A stretch of 64,000 nt of DNA from Sphingobacteriaceae bacterium (GTDB taxonomy: Bacteria > Bacillota > Sulfobacillia > Thermaerobacterales > RSA17), in the NCBI GenBank assembly GCA_035303785.1, contig DATGRI010000058.1, positions 2,306-66,305 of the forward strand. The letters run 5' to 3'. Both the position numbers and the translations under genes were made by a program. The notes beneath the pieces are model-generated. The model was not told the origin of the DNA and ran no database searches. It was given only the letters and a program-made list of their open reading frames with translations. This document shows positions 61,289 to 64,000 of the stretch, in pieces. How positions within the stretch are numbered: the first letter of the stretch is position 1; each line of letters starts with the position of its first letter.

Positions 61289-62434
61289 CTAACCGTCGGT
61301 TTCCCTGGCACCTACTATGATATCACCGTGGCTCGTCTGGGCGCGGATGAACACCCGCCGGGGCTGCTCCCCGAAATGGGCGCTGCGGGCCCGGACCAGG
61401 TCCCTGCCCGTGGTGCCCAGGGGGCCCGTCTCGAACTCCAGATGGGGCAGGTCCACCTGGATGCGTCCCAGGCCGGTGGCGGCGTCGATGTCGTAGCCGA
61501 TGTCGCCGGCGGCGACGATGGTGACGCCGATGCGGGCATGGGAGGTGCCCAGGTGGATGTCGGCCCGGGGGCCGGTGATGTCCTCCAGGTCCAGTTGGAT
61601 GCGGCCGTGGCTGGTGCCGGCCCGCAGGTCGCCCCACCGGCCGGCCAGCTCGATGCTGCCGTTGGCGGTGCTGAAGGAGGCCCGGGGGCAAACCACCTGG
61701 GTGGCCGTGATCTGCCCGTTGGCGGTGGTGGCCTCCACCTGGGCGGCCTCCAGTTCGGCCAAGGTGATGCGGCCGTTGGCCGTGCGCAGGATGAGGCGGT
61801 AAGTGCGATTCCGGGGCAGCCACAGCCGGATGCCCACGCCGGCCTGGCCCGGCCCCGGCTCAGCCCGGACGTGCAGTTCCCCCTGCTTCTCGCTGACCTG
61901 GGCCATGCCCACGGCCAGCTCGGCGGCTTCTTCTTCCCGCCGGTGATGGACCAGTTTGGTCAGCAGGAGGCGGTAGCCCGGCTCGTCCCATGTGGTGACG
62001 GAAATCTGGCCGTGGTAGGTGTCCACCACCACCGTCACCGGCTCGGGGCCGGGGGGCAGTTCTCCTTTGATCTCCTCCTGGAAGCGCCAGCGGGGTCCCA
62101 GCAGGTGGCCCAGAGCCGGCAGGTCCAGCCGGGCCGCCAGGTTCTCCACCATGCCCGGCAGGCGGCTCAGCATCTTCTCCACGTCGGCGGCCACCCGCCC
62201 GGCGCCCCGGGCCACCTTGGACATGACCTTCTCGCCCTGGTGGCTCAACCTTTCCACTACCCGCTCGGCCCGGGCGGCCACCTGGGCGGCGGTGTCCCCG
62301 GGCTCCTCCCGCCGGTCGTCGTCCTCCCGGCGGTCCAGTTCTTCCTCCAAGGCCTCCAGCAGTTCGGCGCCCTCGGCGGCCGTCAGCCGGCCTTCCTCGA
62401 TCATCTTCAAAATGAGCATGCGTTCTTCATTCAA
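61289..62434 (-). CDS. YvlB/LiaX-like protein (N-terminal helical SHOCT-like region + DUF4097 beta-helix)
   Basis: N-terminus MNEERMLILKMIEEGRLTAAEGAELLEALE, an acidic linker, then a C-terminal repetitive beta-rich region with reiterated (T/S)xNG(x)I(x)L motifs (TANGRITLAE, TANGQITATQ, TANGSIELAG, TSHGRIQLD, TSHARIGVT, TSHGDIIVG). Confidence 0.65.
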   Translation of the reverse strand: MNEERMLILKMIEEGRLTAAEGAELLEALEEELDRREDDDRREEPGDTAAQVAARAERVVERLSHQGEKVMSKVARGAGRVAADVEKMLSRLPGMVENLAARLDLPALGHLLGPRWRFQEEIKGELPPGPEPVTVVVDTYHGQISVTTWDEPGYRLLLTKLVHHRREEEAAELAVGMAQVSEKQGELHVRAEPGPGQAGVGIRLWLPRNRTYRLILRTANGRITLAELEAAQVEATTANGQITATQVVCPRASFSTANGSIELAGRWGDLRAGTSHGRIQLDLEDITGPRADIHLGTSHARIGVTIVAAGDIGYDIDAATGLGRIQVDLPHLEFETGPLGTTGRDLVRARSAHFGEQPRRVFIRAQTSHGDIIVGARETDG

Positions 62435-62819
62435 GGCTGTCCTTCCCCCAGTTCCCTTTCAGGCGGCGTACCGCTTCTGCGGCCGTCAACTCCCCCCGCT
62501 CCAAGGCGGCCAGCACTTGACGACGATCTTCCTCCCGGGCGGCCTCCCGCTCCACTTCGTAGCCCAAGGCCTTCAAGACGCCATCCAAGCGATTGCGGAC
62601 CGTGGGGTAAGAAACCCCCAGCTCCCGCTCCATCTCCCGCAGATTACCCCGCACCTTCAGAAAGGTGACCACGAAGTCCCGCTGCTCAGCCGTCAACCGG
62701 GACAAGGGGGATGCTTGGAAACGGCCCTCGATGGTGGTGCCGCAGCTGCTGCAGTGGAGGCGGACAACATGGGGAGCCCCGCCGCAGACGGGACAGCGGG
62801 CAGGTGTGGGGTAAGCCAC
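62427..62819 (-). CDS. DUF2089-type zinc-ribbon/HTH protein
   Basis: CPVCGG...LHCSSCGT zinc ribbon, then LTAEQRDFVVTFLKVRGNLREMERELGVSYPTVRNRLD (HTH). GTG lies 5 nt after AAGGAGAGG. Confidence 0.7.
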   Translation of the reverse strand: MAYPTPARCPVCGGAPHVVRLHCSSCGTTIEGRFQASPLSRLTAEQRDFVVTFLKVRGNLREMERELGVSYPTVRNRLDGVLKALGYEVEREAAREEDRRQVLAALERGELTAAEAVRRLKGNWGKDSLE

Positions 62820-62869
62820 CTTATCCTCTCCTTACCGGGGCTTGGCGCCCCTGAGGGGCTTTGGGGGAA

Positions 62870-62898
62870 ATGCTAAACTCAACCTTGAACTTTGTCAA
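62870..62898 (-). promoter_or_regulatory. Promoter of the DUF2089-yvlB-like-pspC unit
   Basis: Minus strand TTGACA (62898..62893), 17 nt, TAGCAT (62875..62870), in an AT-richer spacer. The leader contains a small GCCCC-UCA-GGGGC hairpin. Confidence 0.55.
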
Positions 62899-62937
62899 TG
62901 TCGACCTGATTATCTTTAATGTCTCCTATGCATAAAA

Positions 62938-64000
62938 TCAAGCCCCGGCGCTTTGGCGCCACCGGCTACGGGCGGTCCGGAGAGGGGCGGCCCCGGCGGG
63001 CAAGGCAGCGGCCCCGGGGAGCCGCCAGCGGGCACGAAAGTCCCGGCCGTCATCCCACGGGAGGCCGGCGGCCGTCATGGCCTGCAAAGGGGCCAGGGCC
63101 CGGCGGCTGGACTGAAAGTCGGGCAGCCGGGCCAGGTCGTCCCAGATGACGCCCAGCCGGTCCCGGAAGGGAGCCTGGTCCCCCCGGTAAAAGGCGGCCT
63201 GCAGGGCCGGATCCTGAAACAGGTGCAGAGACAGGCGCCGGTGCCCCCGGGCCACCAGCCAGGCCAGGTGCAGCACTCCCCGGGTCAGGGCCGGGTCCAC
63301 CAGCCAACTGGGCAGGGTGCGGTATTCGAAGCCCCCGTGACGCTTCAAGCGCACGTCGCCCAGGAAGCCGTGGCGCCGCCGGCGGGCTGCGGCGGCTTCT
63401 TGGGGCTCCAGCATGAACACCGGCACCGCCAGGTAGGTGTCCAAAGCCCGCAGCAGGCTGCCCGACAGGGCCACCCCGCTGAAGTGGATGTGGCCGCCGG
63501 TGGGATAGCCGTTGAAGGGCTGGGCGCCGGCCAGCCATTCCAGATCCCCCGCGGCTCCTTGCCGGGCGGCCAGGGCCAGGCAGCGCCGGATTTCCCGCAG
63601 GAGGCCGTCGGGATGGGATCGGGCGTTGGGGCGCAGTTCCCCCACGGGGTATTCCCCCGGGCCGGCCCCCGACTGGGTGTCGCAGCCTACGGCACCATAG
63701 CGGGAAAAGAAATGGGATGCGGCCACCATGCGGCCGCTGTCGCGATGGCGCAGCATGAACTCGGGGTCGGCCCCCAGGCGGATGGACCCGGCCCGGTCCT
63801 GGCCCGACACCCGTTGCGCCAGGAGTTCCTTCAACTTGGCGGCTCCCTGGCGGCCCAGCATGGGTCCCAGGCGGATGCCCGCCACCGCGGGATCCCGGGC
63901 CGCCTCGCCGTCCACGGCCAGGGACACTACCGCCGAATCCAGCCCCAGGCAGTGGAGGGCCCGCAAGGCCGTGCCGGTGATCCGCTCCCACCGGCGCCAT
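62938..64000 (-). CDS. Putative amidoligase (phiEco32-like COOH-NH2 ligase type 2 / GCS-superfamily-like), 5' end possibly beyond window
   Basis: IRLGADPEFML, ELRPNA, YPTGGHIHFSG and GGFEYRTLPSW resemble, from memory, the COOH-NH2 ligase type-2 family. The reading frame stays open from the TTG at 63966 to the window edge. Confidence 0.45.
   Translation of the reverse strand, partial: WRRWERITGTALRALHCLGLDSAVVSLAVDGEAARDPAVAGIRLGPMLGRQGAAKLKELLAQRVSGQDRAGSIRLGADPEFMLRHRDSGRMVAASHFFSRYGAVGCDTQSGAGPGEYPVGELRPNARSHPDGLLREIRRCLALAARQGAAGDLEWLAGAQPFNGYPTGGHIHFSGVALSGSLLRALDTYLAVPVFMLEPQEAAAARRRRHGFLGDVRLKRHGGFEYRTLPSWLVDPALTRGVLHLAWLVARGHRRLSLHLFQDPALQAAFYRGDQAPFRDRLGVIWDDLARLPDFQSSRRALAPLQAMTAAGLPWDDGRDFRARWRLPGAAALPAGAAPLRTARSRWRQSAGA

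Overview
This is a 64-kb window of a very GC-rich chromosome; third codon positions are almost all G/C. Gene content and order look like Bacillota (Firmicutes). A Symbiobacterium/Thermaerobacter/Limnochordia-like lineage is only a guess. The window is densely packed with core housekeeping genes, and all but one lie on the minus strand. Many consecutive genes have 1-20 nt stop/start overlaps (ATGA, GTGA, TTGA, TGATG).

Gene content, in order along the coordinates:
- An 11-subunit-type nuo operon, nuoA-B-C-D-H-I-J-K-L(partial), with no nuoEFG.
- A long co-directional string: pcrA-ligA-oppD-oppF-gatC-gatA-gatB-pcrB-dat-HAD.
- An orphan HD-GYP/GAF/PAS histidine kinase.
- A pur operon, purE-purB-[purC-like::purL]-purF-purM-purN-purH-purD.
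- A NarL-type two-component pair, then guaA-hpt.
- groES-groEL with a CIRCE operator, then mogA.
- oppA-B-C, folC, guaB, murC, an LbH acetyltransferase.
- tsaE-tsaB-rimI-tsaD, a C26/GATase1 hydrolase, nnr, acpS.
- cdaA-cdaR-glmM followed by a glmS-like gene.
- rex, a polyprenyl synthase, rapZ.
- A plus-strand GHMP kinase.
- A DUF2089/YvlB(LiaX)-like/PspC module.
- A partial amidoligase-like gene at the window edge.

I recognise no rRNA, tRNA, CRISPR array, transposase, prophage or defence-island gene.

The ORF track uses the longest ATG/GTG/TTG ORF. I therefore trimmed many N-termini to starts supported by Shine-Dalgarno (SD, ribosome-binding) sequences, by neighbour-gene overlaps and by where the conserved domain begins.

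The most interesting signal is not an island but a repeated pattern. Four glutamine-dependent amidotransferase steps encoded here lack a functional-looking glutaminase module:
- PurF has Ser at the nucleophile Cys position and has lost the R-Y pair.
- PurL has no purS/purQ neighbours and carries a degenerate PurC-like N-domain.
- GuaA has the catalytic part of its GATase domain deleted.
- The GlmS homologue is an isomerase-only protein.

Whether this means ammonia-dependent biosynthesis or glutaminase subunits encoded elsewhere cannot be decided from this window.
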